DNA of 64,000 bases, taken from positions 66,836,001-66,900,000 of the forward strand of contig OX597814.1 of assembly GCA_951406725.2 (NCBI GenBank), given 5' to 3'. Origin of the DNA: Octopus vulgaris (taxonomy: Eukaryota). Below the pieces are notes generated by a model. The model worked only from the letters and a program-made list of their open reading frames with translations, was not told the DNA's origin and did no database searches. Position 1 is the stretch's first letter; every line of letters begins with the position of its first letter. Shown here in pieces: positions 13,116 through 27,221 of this stretch. The position numbers and the translations under genes are program-made.

Positions 13116-14306
13116 CAGGGTGGCCCAAAAGTCACTGAGGGTTTGCAATTTTTGATAGTTCTTTTTGATAGTTCTGGTGATTTTATGAACTACGTCCTGG
13201 AAATTAATTATGGAAAAATATGGCACCATACAACACACCCAAGTGGTGAAATTGTTCTATCAAAATCAAAGGTCAATTAATCAAACCCAGAGACCATATT
13301 GTCGGTACTTTCAAGTGAGAGTTGGAACTTAGTCGTTTTGAAAAACAAGAAGCAGTAAGTGATCTCGCACGATCTAGGAGATCTCGCGCTGTCAGAACCC
13401 ATATGGCAAGGGAATGAGTGCAAGAAAGTATTGAACAGAATCCAGACAAATCAACTCGAAGGCGGTCCAGACAGTTTGAGATTTCACGAACTTAGCTGTC
13501 AAGGTATAATTGGTTCAATGCAAAGTACAGTTGATTGAACATTTGAATCCGGAGGACTATGAAGACAAAAATTTTTACACAAAAATTGATCATGTTTGAT
13601 GAAGCTCACTTTCATTTAAATAGGTTCATCAGCAGACAAAAATTGCCGGTTTTGGGGCTTTGAGAATCCGAGAGCATTATACCAAAGAGAATTTCACCCC
13701 ATAAAATCGGACCTTATTTCTTTAAAGACGACGATGGGAATGCTGTCACTGTGACTGGTGAGCGATACAAGTCGATGATCGAGAACTTTTTGCGCTCAAC
13801 TATTCGAAATAGGCCCGGCATGTGGTTCCAACAACATGGGGCAATTTCTTATACGGCAAGAGACACAATACAATTGCTGAGGCAATGTTTTGGAGAAAAA
13901 ATCATCTCCCGCTACTACGATGTCAACTGGCCATCGCGTTTCCCAGAATTGACCAGCCCTGACTTTTTCTTGTGGAGGTACCTCAAGCAGAGGGTTAATA
14001 TCCACAAACCAGAAACCCTGGAGCAATTAAAGGACAATATCACTAGAGAAATCAGGGAAATGGACCCAGAAACCCTTACAGCTGTCATGGAACATATTTT
14101 GGAAAGGGTACGGATGTGTGAAGCTGAAAATCGACGTCATTTACAAGATGTCATTTTTCATATATAATGCAGAGGTATGATGAAAAAGGACTAATGCAGA
14201 TTAATCTTCATTATTTCATCTACATATGAATAAAATTTACTACGCCTGTTTCTAGAAATAAGGGAGTTACTAAAAATTAAAACCCTCAGTGAATTTGAGA
14301 CATCCT
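13116..14306 (+). mobile_element. Defective Tc1/mariner transposon, DD41D (rosa-like) spacing
   Basis: TIRs cagggtggcccaaaagtcactgagggttt / aaaccctcagtgaatttgagacatcct. WFQQ(H)GA...WPSRFPELTSPDFFLW has 41 residues between catalytic positions, with the second D mutated to H. Confidence 0.85.
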
Positions 14307-14318
14307 ATCAATCTATCT

Positions 14319-14385
<67 letters not shown>

Positions 14386-14600
14386 TAATATATCTGTGTG
14401 TCTATCTATATACATATATCTATCTTTCTCTCTATATATATATATATATATCTGTCTATCTATGTATCTAGCGATCTGTATGTATGTATATATGTATGCA
14501 TACATACGCACATACATACATACATACATACATACATACATACATACATACATACATACATACATGGATGCATACATACATACATACATACATACATACA

Positions 14601-14636
<36 letters not shown>

Positions 14637-14642
14637 CATACA

Positions 14643-15790
14643 TAGAGGGTGGGCTTTAAATTTCGCAGGCTGACTATGAAGGAGTGATGCTAGAGCTGTG
14701 AAATTTTGCATTCATTAATTTCAATTAGTAATAATTGCATTGATTCGATCCATGTAAACTGGCAGCTGACTGTTCAAAGAAAAATTCAAAAGTAACTAGT
14801 AGCCTCTTCTCTTGAAAATGGACAAAAGTTGGCATCATGGTTGTTATCAAGTATCTGCAGGAGAAGAGTTTAGCCTCGCCAAGGACATCCACTCTGATAT
14901 GGTTGCTTCATTAAGAGATGACTTTCCAGTTTTATAAACTGTACAAATGTGAGCAACTGGATTTAGAAGGGGAAGGGAGAATTTTGAAGTTGACCCAACG
15001 TCTGGACGTTCTGCAACTGTCATCAGCGAGGAAAACATTGATCGTGTTCACCACATGCTGATGGATGACAGGCTATTGACAGTAAAGCAAATAGATAATG
15101 CTATCAGTGTATCCCGTGAGATGGTTGAGAATATTCTGCACAATGAACTTGATATGACGAAGGTTTTTGTTTGGTGGGTACCATGTCTTTTGATACCTGA
15201 TCAAAAGCGCACCAGGCTGATCACATCACAATAAAATCTAACATTGTTTGAGATAAATTCAGGTGGTTTCCTAACCCACTTTGGGCCAGAGACAAGACAA
15301 TTCATGCAGTGGAAACACTCCTCCTCGCCTGCTCCAAAGAAGGCCAAGGTCTCTTCATCTGCAGGAAAGGGGGTGGCCTCAGCTTTTCGGGATGCAAAAG
15401 GGATTGTGTTTATTGACTACCTTGAAAAGAGACACGCTATCAGTGGAGAGTACTATGCCAACTTGCTGAGGCAGTTACGAAAGCTATCAAGACCAAACGC
15501 TCAGAATATCTAACGGAAAGGTTCTTGTTTCATTAAGACAATGCTCCAGCACGCAAGTCGTTAGTTTCATTGGCCGCTGATCGTGACTGTGGTTTTGAAT
15601 TGGTTGATCAATGCCCCTACCTCTATTCTCCTGATTTGGTCCCATCTAGTTATCATCTGTTCCCCAACATAAAAAAAACACTTGGCAGTGATGATGACGT
15701 CATATCCACTGTCGATGACTTTTTTATTTACCAGTAGGATGAAAGCTTCTTCATTAATGGGATCCAAGCACTGCAACACCAATGGACAAC
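14643..15790 (+). mobile_element. Defective mariner, 3'-truncated
   Basis: ATG at 14818; WVP motif near 15175; QWKHSSSPAPKKAK, GIVFIDYLEK; YSPDLVPSSYHLF at about 15620-15665. Confidence 0.85.
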
Positions 15791-15994
15791 TTGTTGCATA
15801 AGAGCGTAGAATAGCAGAATGCTTTGTATGCCTGACAAAATACTGCACACTTTTTAGTTAAAGTCTTTTAAATTTTGAATTGAATTCCCGCTGAGATTAG
15901 CATAATGGCGTAGATAAAATAAGGCAACAGTAAAAATACGAGTCGATTAAGGAGTTATTGTATAAATAAATAGTAGTATATAAATTTTGTTCAG

Positions 15995-16348
<354 letters not shown>

Positions 16349-16566
16349 TAATTAAGGAAAGATAAGAAAATATTAGATTTATAAGCCCTAAAATTTACTC
16401 CATAATTGCTCATGGGCATATGGCGTGCTGTTAAGAGCGCGGGATACTAACCCCAAGATTTCGAGTTCGATTCCATGGGCATATGGCGTGCTGTTAAGAG
16501 CGCGGGATACTAACCCCAAGATTTCGAGTTCGATTCCAGGTTGTGACCTGAATAATAATAATAATA

Positions 16567-16945
16567 AAAATTGTACAATACCACAGATTTGCTTGTCAGT
16601 TGTTTGACGTTAACCAGTTGAGCATGTCTCTTAGTGGCTGACGATATATGCATCTCACGAGCAGAATTAGTCTGAATAGTTCACCTCTGGAAACATGGGT
16701 GTTTCATTCAGCATCTTTAAAAACCCTTATCCAGGGACTTTTGAGCAGGATGGGTTACTCGACCAGAAGAAAATTCTAACTGGGCCTCACCTGCAATGTG
16801 CTTGATATGAGATCACTATGTCGCACACATATGGTTGCGATGCATGTGCCTAGAGTACCCTTATCAGATAGATAGTCATGATGGGTATACTGGGCTTCGT
16901 ATACTTTACACCAGTGTCACTTTGATAGCAAGCACTGCTCTCACA
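16567..16945. mobile_element. Unclassified ~380-bp insertion inside the (AAT)n tract of copy 2
   Basis: Bounded by (aat)n on both sides and absent from copy 1. Confidence 0.55.
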
Positions 16946-16969
16946 ACAATAATAATAGTAGTAGTAGTA

Positions 16970-17015
<46 letters not shown>

Positions 17016-17065
17016 CATCGAAAAATAACTTAGAAATGAGAACCCAGGTTCGAAATTTCCCCAGG

Positions 17066-17102
17066 ACACCTGAAGACTGCTGGCGAGTATATCAGCCGAA
17101 AC
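17066..17102 (+). ncRNA. Partial type I hammerhead
   Basis: acac-CTGAAGA-ctgctg-gcgagtatat-cagcc-GAAA-c, with the 3' strand deleted. Homolog at 16076-16120 (-). Confidence 0.55.
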
Positions 17103-18739
17103 AAACAAGATGAGCACACATATCCGTCAAATGTAAATAATGTAAATAATATAAATTTTGTTGTATCCCAGTGTATTTAAACGAAATATAACTACACGCA
17201 CGTACACACGCGCGTGTGCACACACAAACACGCATACGCACACACACACATTGACATTAAAATATTGTCATGCCAGCAAATAGAAATATGAACATTTCAC
17301 ATAAGGTTCCATGTCCTTTTCAGCGTCTACGTTCGTGAGTTGACACAATTTCATTTACTATTACTAATGGTTCTCATGTTACCGAAAACGGTGTCGTTGG
17401 ATGAGCTTGTGCCAACCTCTGACATTGACATTTATTCTATTCCCTCCAGATTCGTTGTGTAAACAGATTTTGTTTCTATTACAACCAGAAGAAGCACATA
17501 CTACCAAGGAGAGATATAAACTGTCTCAACCAATTCGAAGATTTCTATTCCCACGGTTAAAATAGCAAAATAACCAAGAAAGTGTTAACATGTGGTACCC
17601 TCTACGTAGATACTATACCAACAGTGGTTAATGACTCAACATAATCACGCATCTATTTCATGAAAAATACCAATGAGAAAAGATTTTCAGATCACGTAGA
17701 TGAAACAGCAATTGCGAGAGAAGAGACAGCACTCACTTTCACTGGATTCCCAAATGATCTACTGGAATATAAAGGAAACATCTTTAAGCTGTTCAACATA
17801 ATCCAATACGGTTTTCCATTGTCACTAAATATTTTCCAGGTCATTCACACTTAATTATTTCACATTATATGCAACATTGTTACTCACAGATGTCTAGATT
17901 TAATATCCGTAAGTTATTGAGCTTTCAGTATTCATTGACATCAATGCGATTTTGATATCCACTCTGGAAGTTATGAATACAATTTGTGAGGCGGTCGTAA
18001 TCTCTCTCCACAATAAGTGAGCTCCGCTTAAAAAGAAAATGGGTTTTGGAAGTTAGAAATATGATCATTGGAATGGCTTCTTCGTTGTCAATTATTCAAT
18101 AACTATTTTGGAGATAATACAGATTATCCTCATTACCATTGTTATTGGTATGGTTGCACACGTGCACGTACTGTTTTTTACACTCACTCTGAACGGCTGT
18201 CGTATTACAACGAAAAGAAATGTTCTCTACTGAAGTTGATTGTGGTGAGAGCCATTCCTCCTGTTAGGCATTACACATTACAAAAATCCAAAATAGAGTA
18301 AATAAAATTATATATAAAACTTTTGTATCATAAGTAATTTTTGTGCTCCAATGGACACGAAAATTCAGTCATTTGGAGGTACAATTCGGCTCTTCTTTTT
18401 ACGCAGATGTTCTTATTCAAAGTTTTAACAAAATCTCACAATAGTAGACAAATTGCTTTCAATAAACTTTAAACTTCGGGAGCCGATATAATAATGAGAG
18501 GTAATATTTATCCTCACTTAAACGTGGCCATTCTGTTGGAATAAGCTATACCATGAGAGAAACTCTCATATTTGCTTTTGGTATTAATATTAATTATCAT
18601 TATTATTCTTTCCACTATTGGATGAAGGCCTAAAATTTTGACGGACAACACATGCCACTAAGTATTTTCTCCTGCATGCTTACGATTTTGCCAGTTCATC
18701 GCCTTAATAATAATAACAACAACAATAATAATATTAAGT

Positions 18740-19590
18740 CATAGTACCTAACAACTATGAAGAAAAAGAAGAAACAACAAAAGCTGTAAAACAACTGAAA
18801 TCCAAACTATAACTGGAACAGCAACGGATCACGATAAAACTATGGCAAGAAAAGCCCCTTTATGGCAAATACTGGGTTAAACTAAACAGAAAAGAAATAG
18901 ACAAAACCAAATTCCAACAATGGCTGAGAAGCTCAGGACTAAAAGCAGAGACTGAAGATTTTTAATTACAGCGCAAGATCAAAGCCTCCCACCACCACCA
19001 CCAGAAATCACCAAAAACATGTAATGAAAAAAAAAACATACAAGTAACTGCAGAATATATGGAGATGGAGAAGAAACAATAAATCATATTATCTCTGGCT
19101 TCCCAGTCCTGGCTAAGAAGGAATATATTCACAGGCACAACAGAGTTGGGACCTATGTACACTGGAAGCTATACCAACACTATGGAATAACAATAGAGAA
19201 AAGACGGTATAGGCACACACCAGAAAAGGTCACAGAAAATGAGAACGTAGCCTTACTCTGGGATATGCCAATATACACAGAGAAATTAAGGCCAATAGAC
19301 CGTATATATTTGTCAGAAATCATCAAGAAAAGAAATGCTTTCTAATCGATGTATCAGTATCAACAGATGACAATGTTTCTCTAAAAGAAGCGGAGAAACT
19401 TTCAAAATACACAGATCTGGAAATAGAGGTAACTCGAACGTGGAGCCTAAATACAGAAACAATTCCTATTATAGTAGGTGCATTAGGTATGATTAAAAAA
19501 AAAATTCAGACAAATACATAAGAAAAACACCCGGGCTTACAAGTATATATATAACATACAGAAAATAGCACTACCAGGCACCGCACACAA
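18740..19590 (+). mobile_element. R4/Dong-type non-LTR 3' fragment (restriction-like endonuclease), decayed
   Basis: QWLRSSGLKAETE, AQDQSL, LWDMPI, FLIDVS, ETIPIIVGALGMI; starts after an (AAT)n run. Confidence 0.8.
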
Positions 19591-19594
19591 TAGC

Positions 19595-20583
19595 AAATCA
19601 AAATGCGCTTGAACAGTTGGCTGATAGGTGGGAACAAAAACCTCTGCATGACAAATATGTGGCCCGTAGCAAACAAAATGATGTAGACCAGAAGCACACA
19701 CATCAGTGGCTACGGAGCCTAGAACTAAAAGCTGAAAGTGGAGGCTTTATCTTGGCTGCCCAAGATCGGAGCTTATTAATCCGTAACTATCAAGTCAGTG
19801 AGATGGTGTAGACTCAAAGTGTCGATACTGCAACGATCGGATAGAAACAGTCGACCACTTAATCACTGGATGTAAGGTTTTAGCACCTATAGAGTACAAA
19901 TTAAGACATGACAGACTTGGCCAATATCTACATTGGATAATGTGTCGGCATTATATAATCAAAACTGCTGACAAATGGTACAAACACCACCCTGAGGCTA
20001 TAACTGAAGGAGAAAATGTAACTATCCTTGGGGACTTCCCAGTATGTACAGATCGGAACATCAAGGCGAACAAACCAGATATTGTTGTGAAAAACAAAAG
20101 CAATACAATTTGTTTATTGGTTGACATGAGCATACCATGTGACCATAATATCTCGGCAAAAGAATTTGATAACCTCAGAAAATATAAAGATTTGCTAATC
20201 GAAATCGAAAAGATGTGGCATCTCAAGACGGTTACAATACCAGTGATTGTAGGAATACTTGGAATGATCAAAAAAGAAACTTACCATCCATGCAGGAAGT
20301 GCATAAGATTGTCTTATCTGGTACACCAAACGTATTGAGAAGAGCATTGTCGCTGTAAATTTTCTTTCCTTTTCCCCCTTTATTTTATTTGCTTAATTTT
20401 TTATTTTTTATTTTTTCCTTTTTCTCTGTCTTCCCCATTTTCTCCATCACATGACTCTGTAAATGAACAAGCTGGTGTGTTCGTTTTAATGGCCTACCAA
20501 TGTATATAGTACGCTTCTCTGCCCTAGGTGTCAGGAAGATACTCGGCAAGAAAAGGAAACAATTGAAAGAAGATGCTCATGAA

Positions 20584-20585
<2 letters not shown>
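19595..20585 (+). mobile_element. Second R4/Dong-type 3' fragment with 3' UTR and (AAT)n tail
   Basis: CRYC...ETVDHLITGC zinc knuckle, RHD, KPDIVV...LLVDMSIP...KYKDL (PD-D/ExK); followed by (AAT)n at 20585-20664. Confidence 0.88.
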
Positions 20586-20664
<79 letters not shown>

Positions 20665-20665
<1 letters not shown>

Positions 20666-20875
20666 TTTTCTATAGGCACAAGGCCTGAATTTTTTTCAGA
20701 GAGGAGGTAGTCGATTATATCTACCCCAGTGCGCAAATAGTATTCTTTTCATCGACCTCGAAAGGATGAAAGGCAATGTCGACCTTGGCGGAATTTGAAC
20801 TCAGAACGTAAATACGGACGAAAAACTGCTAAGCATTTCGCCCGGCGTGCTAACGATTCTGCCAGCTCACTGCAT
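20665..20875 (-). mobile_element. SINE family A
   Basis: Same head and core. Further copies at about 21135-21325 and 28990-29180, with decayed remnants elsewhere. Confidence 0.85.
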
Positions 20876-21579
20876 TAATAATAATAATGCCCTGATAAAG
20901 TATCAGAGATGATGATGATGATGATGATGATGATGATAATAGTAATAATAATAGTTTCAAATTTTGGCAAAAGGCTATCAATTTTAGTGGGTGGGAGTTA
21001 ATGAGTACCTTTAACTCTAGTACTTCACTAATATTTAGACGAAAGGCAAAGCTGTCCCCTACCGAGATAAATAACAGTTCAGGTACATACCAGCAATTTG
21101 TAGTGAAGTGTTTAATAAACATTTCTACTACAGACACATGATATAAAATTCTGAGAAAAGGGGCTAGTCGATTACAAGGGCCTTGGCGCTCAACTGATAC
21201 TTAATTAATTGACCCCGAAAAAAATGAAAGACAAACTTGACCTGGGCGGAATTTGAACTCATAACGCATAGCCAGACGAAATGCCGCTACGAATTTTGAA
21301 TGACATGCTATCGATTCTGCCAAAGGTATAATAATAATAATAATAATAATAATTCTTTCCTTATTTTTACCAAAAGGGAAACAGATGAAGAAACATTACA
21401 GAGATACGCCACAAAAATGTGTTGGTGTTCACAGTGAAATCGAAGAAAAGAAAGTGGTAGTATACACAGTATGCATTCTTATATAATAAAGTTTCTTGAG
21501 GAGGATTGCCATCTAGGATCAATAATGAACCCCACAGATCCAGAATTATTCTAGCAAATATACCCGCTTACGGCTGTAT

Positions 21580-22520
21580 TCTTTGGGCTACAGGTACATG
21601 CTGAAAGTAGGACCACTCACACCGGCTATATTCGATATTTACTGATACAACCAATTTCAACAAATTTACTTTCCGCCATCACATTCCTCTCCAAGTAGAA
21701 TTTGAAAGAGTTGATGAGGATCTGATTAGAGAGGAAGGCGCTGTGATTTCTGCATTTAGATATATATATAAAAAGACCAACAATGAATGCAATGATACTA
21801 AAATAAAATCATATTCGTCAATCAATAAATTTTATACAATGAAAGGATTCTTGGTGAATTGGCTGAACGTGTAAAGTCGAAATTCATGTAAGAATCGTGG
21901 AGGTGATGAATAAAAATGGAGAAAGAAATCACTTTCTCTGATGTGTTACAATCAAGCAATAGTTTTTTCGAGAAAATTTGTTTTGTCATTCGGTTTTTAA
22001 CGAAGAATCAAATACCTAACACGAATAAAACATTTTTCTACCTAAAAATTATCTTATTGGCAAAAACTCATTTCCTTTTAGGTTCAATAAGCTTTCATTT
22101 TATTGCCAGTCGTTCTATATTCTTAAATCGAAAGATTATTGAATCGGCAAGAGTCCCCACTTTCTATTCAATTCTGCCTTTCGAGTCCAGCACATCATCT
22201 CAAGGAAAGTCCTTGATCTCGAATCTACTGAACGCTCGACAACAATATTCGAACTCTGAACGACTGTGTGGAGGGTGGTTTCATCGCTCTTGTACGCATC
22301 TAGCTGGCGGCCATTCTGGTCCTGTAGAGCTTTCATTTCAAACCAACCATGACACACTCTTCTCAGTGTTTGTGGAAGCCCAAGGAAGGAAGTGAGCCAT
22401 AGTCCCAAGTGCTTAGTCTTTCGTAATAGATTAGTTAGTAAATTCTCTTCGATAGCCATCTCATTGAGAACGCCGTCACATTTCTCCACATCTAATCCTC
22501 ACTAGAAAACTAGCATGATA
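21580..22520 (-). pseudogene. Possible L1/Tx1-type LINE 3' relic
   Basis: DETTLHTVVQS resembles the ET-x-H zinc-knuckle segment; downstream LINSFKFYLERNV; heavily decayed. Confidence 0.4.
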
Positions 22521-23514
22521 GCATAGTCCCGGGAACAGAGAGGCAAGTGCACCTCATAAAACTTTTGTTGGATGCAAAATCAAGATTTGCACCCCTACTT
22601 ACTTTTCTCGAGTTTAGAAAACCCGAGTGTGTGAAAAGTGATCTGTAAAAAGTAGCTTGAAGTTAGGTTTATTCTCAAAGAACAAGCAACAAACATAAAT
22701 ATGTAAAAGAAACACAATAAGATCTTGTTTGTAAAAAATTTTGAATCTGAGTTTGCACACCTAAAACGAATTTCGCTCCCGAGCCAGTGCATGTTAGTTG
22801 TACCAGACTAAAGCAGATACATCCAAAGTTATTGAGTTTGGGATGTCTTACAAAGTACCAACTCAAAACAAAACTTTGCGCTCGATAGTACAATAAAGTA
22901 GTGTTACGAAAAATAAGACAAGAAGACAAGAAGACAAGAAGACAAAAAGACAAGAAGAATGATTTATGTTATTTAATGCAAAGGAGAAATGAGGTGAAGA
23001 GATGTTCATACTTTTAGTAAGAGAATTGATAATATAAGAGATGAAATGGTTTACATCTGGTTTGAAACTGCACCGCAGTCTATCATGTAGGATTACTGCG
23101 AGCTTAACCACATGCTGTGACGACGATAAATCTGGGCACCTGTGAATGCCTAGAAAGAGCTGCTATAAATAACGCTGTAGACAGTGTAGCGTAGAAATGA
23201 TTAAGGGATACAGACTCGGGATTTCAGTAAAATCTAAAAGGGGAAATGTTACAGGTGCTTGCTACCCTTCGTTTACTCTCCTTCCCTATCACAAGAAGTG
23301 AATGACCTGGACGATAAATAGTAACATAGGGAAATCACATTTGATTATGTGGAGTAGACGTTGATAAGGGTCTACTGCATAATGAGATTTAATACTCTAC
23401 AGGAGGATGGAGGTAAATAGATTTATCCTTCATCAACGGTAGAATGTACCACTTTAACAGCGTTACTGAAGGGATGTCAACGAGCTAAGAACGAAAACAC
23501 AAAGTATCTTTTAC

Positions 23515-23555
<41 letters not shown>

Positions 23556-23983
23556 ATGTGCTCGTAATATTAAACACATTGCACTCATTTAAGCAACAAT
23601 TTATGATCTTAGACGAATAACAAAACAATGATAACACACGAAACGGGTATTTAGCGATAGCTGCGTAACTACGTTACTGGTTGATTATATTACATTTTGA
23701 TTGATAATGCGATCGCTCGCCAAATAAAGATTTTCTAGTTCCGTCAGGAGCTTGGTTTGTAGCTTACTTTCAATATGAAATTCTTGCTTATACAGATAGA
23801 CAGACAGACAGAGAAAGGGAGAAAGAAAAAGAGAGAGGGGGAGACAGAAAGAGAAAGAACAGATAGAAACATATAGAGGGAGACAACAGAGAGGGACACA
23901 TACACAACACAAATTCACTTTCCTATTTCCAACAAAGTGCAATTTAAAATTAGTTTATTTACCATAAGCACCACCACACCCAA

Positions 23984-24016
<33 letters not shown>

Positions 24017-24396
24017 GCACGCATACAAGTACAACACCCCCACCTCCAGTGGTATTGAACTCTTGACCCAAAAGATCCCGATACTTTAGCTACACTTTCA
24101 TTTGGCCTAATTATATCCAGCGTATAAAACAATAAACATCGAACTTGTACAATACTCGGAACCAATTAATGTCACTTTTATAATCAGCTGTTTTTATCAG
24201 TATTTGATTGGATGTGTTGGGAAAAGTGAGTAAAAGATGTTCATCTCTTTACTAAAGGGATTAACAATGCAAGTAAAATAGTGAGGGACCAGTAATCGAA
24301 CATGGAGCTCAAAATTATCTCATTCACAGGAGTTTACCGCTTACGCTACGCACACGTTATATTGTTATTAAACATTGTTTAAACACACACGCACAT

Positions 24397-24434
<38 letters not shown>

Positions 24435-24568
24435 ATACACACAAATACACACACTCATAAACACGCATACACACATAAACATAGGTATAACTATATATGT
24501 TTATATATATCCATATATATGTATCTCTACATGTACTACATGCATATTACATGTGTGTGTGTGTGTAA

Positions 24569-24614
<46 letters not shown>

Positions 24615-24677
24615 ACATACATATGTGTATGTATGTTTACATATCTCTATGAATGTTTGTAGATGCGGGTGTGTGCG

Positions 24678-24724
<47 letters not shown>

Positions 24725-25620
24725 TGAAGACAGAATAAAGGAAGATCAAGAAAAAGTCAGGCATATGTTTCTGTGTATGAGAGTGTGTGTTAGTGTGTGC
24801 ATGTGTGCGTTTGTGCTGTGTTTGTGTATATGTGTATAAGTTTATCTGAGTGTATAAGTTTGTCTGTGTATATAAGAGTGTGTGTGGTTATTACAGTATA
24901 TGTAATATAGTTGTACATCTGAACTGCAGACTGTTTGTATACAAATATATTTCTCACTGAAAGTATTCACAACCGGTACACAGTTATATATGTAACGCAG
25001 AGTATAAGAGCTGCGGCAAAGCATGTGAAAAAACAGGTACATCAAACTGAATTGAATAGAAATGTATAATGATACCAAACACCTACACACTTATACACAC
25101 AGATCCGCACACATAGATATGTGTGTGTATGCTTGTATTTGTGTGTGGAAGTTAATCCCTGATTGAGTAAATACAAGTTACCTACCTCTAACTGAGTAAA
25201 ACACACAGGCCTCGTCCTCATGATAATTCTGTTTGATACCGGTCCTTGTTAATGTTTTCCGTGCACAGTTTGGACGTTGGTAGTTATATAGATATAATGC
25301 ATATATATATAATATGCATATCAGTCATATATGTAAATGCATATCGGTATGTATGTATGTCTATATACACGCATAGGTTTCTACATGAAGCGTAAACTTG
25401 TTGTTGTGTATACACAAAAAATATATTCCTAAATATGTATGTATGTATGTATGTATGTATGGATGGATGGATGGATGTATGGATGGATGGATGATTACTA
25501 TGTTTTTGTTTACACTTCCTATTAGCTTACCTTGCCGGCTTCTAACTTCTATCGCAATGTTGAAGTATGCATATATGAAGCTCCATGTGTTTTTATGTGC
25601 TTGTATGCTTATAGGTATGC

Positions 25621-25701
<81 letters not shown>

Positions 25702-27189
25702 TGACAGAGTGAAAGCTGGAGGAATTGTGTATGTGTGTGAGTGCGTGTGAAATTGTATGTTTATGTTGTGAATACTATTTGCAAATGCATTACTGAAACC
25801 AAACATAACATGGTTCGATGCTTTGTCTCTCTCTCTCTCTCTCTCCCTCTGTCTATCTAACTTGTTTTTATTCTTGTGTGTGTGTGTATAGTTGCCTTCA
25901 TATGTAAGTATATGTAGGACTGTCTAACTATCTGTATAACTGCCTATATATATCCATGTCAACCAACATGTTGTTCGTGGTGGTTGTGGTGATGGTGGTG
26001 GTGTTGTTGGAGGTTATTTTGTTCTTATTTATGTACGTGCCCGCGCGTTGCTTCTAGTCTGTGCGTCCGTGTCTGTATTTTGTAATCTGTGCTCTGTATA
26101 CATCTGTATAAATTATAAAAAGTGTGCGTCTTTAAGTCTCGGTAGGTATGAGCGAGTATGTATGTGTTTGTATCAACAGTGTGTGTTTGCGATGGGAATG
26201 CGTGTGGTAGGTGATAGAAAGTTTTCCTCCAGATTTTGTACATGTGTGTGTGTTTGTGTGTATGTGTGCATGTGAATGTTTTCTAAAAGTTCTCCCGTTT
26301 TCTTTTTCAAAAGTCCGTGCCGGTTCTTTCAGAAGATCCCACCTTCCGTAACAAGTTTTTGAGGGATTTTGTTTTGTTTCTTTAGGAGGAAACTTAAAAA
26401 ACAAAACCGCGGAGCCACGGCTAAGCTAAAGAAAATAGCTTCTACTACACCAACACTAACAGCAACACGAACAACAACTACAACTACAAACTGTAATTAA
26501 GTATATAATAACGTTCACTGCAGTCACCCAACACACGACTCTCAGATAACACACAAACACACACTAACTCGGCCTCCCTGTCTCACCTTTTTTCTTCCCC
26601 TTGTTTTCTTCTATTTCTCTCTCTCTCTCCCTCTCTCCCCCTCTCTCTCTCAGTTCATTTGTCAGCTTGTTTCTCGCTTGCTCGCCCTCGTACCACCTTC
26701 TCTCTCTCTCTCTTCTCTCTCTCTCTCTTCTCTCTCTCTCTTCTCTCTCTTCTCTCTCTCTCTCTCCCTCTCTCTCTCTCTCGCTCTCTCTCTATATATA
26801 TCTACCTTTCTATGTAACTATATATATATATACACACACTCACTAGAAAATCAACATGACTATCAACATTAATATCCTCACCCACATCACTATTATTATA
26901 TATTATAATCTCCACAACTTAGGAACAACAACTATTACGTGATCTTTTGATGTTTGTATGTGTGTATGTGTGTATGTAAGAAAATGTGAAACAATTTGCA
27001 TCTTGGTGAAAATGAAAGATAAATAAATAATCGTTAACAATCGGCAAACATCGTCAACAATGAAAGCATTAGCCGTAAAATGTGAATTTTATTTCATTTT
27101 ATTTCAATGCCTTTTTTACTGTTGCACGACTGAAGATTGGTGGGGGAAACTACGAAATCAACTTCGGTTCATAACTCGCTTAGGAAGCA

Positions 27190-27221
<32 letters not shown>

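Larger units (their letters stand above)
16411..17155 (+). mobile_element. tRNA-head + (AAT)n + hammerhead module element, copy 2 (63-bp head duplication, nested insert)
   Basis: tggcgtgctgttaagagcg (A-box-like) and gagttcgattcc (B box) twice at 16411/16474; module 17013-17155 is homologous to 16010-16170. Confidence 0.75.

Noticed and set aside
16411-16552. Tandem tRNA genes
   Set aside because: A/B boxes are present but there is no complete acceptor stem; it is a SINE head.
22595-23111. Overlapping minus-strand ORFs as a host exon
   Set aside because: No recognisable domain or splice support; interrupted by an (aagac/aag) repeat.
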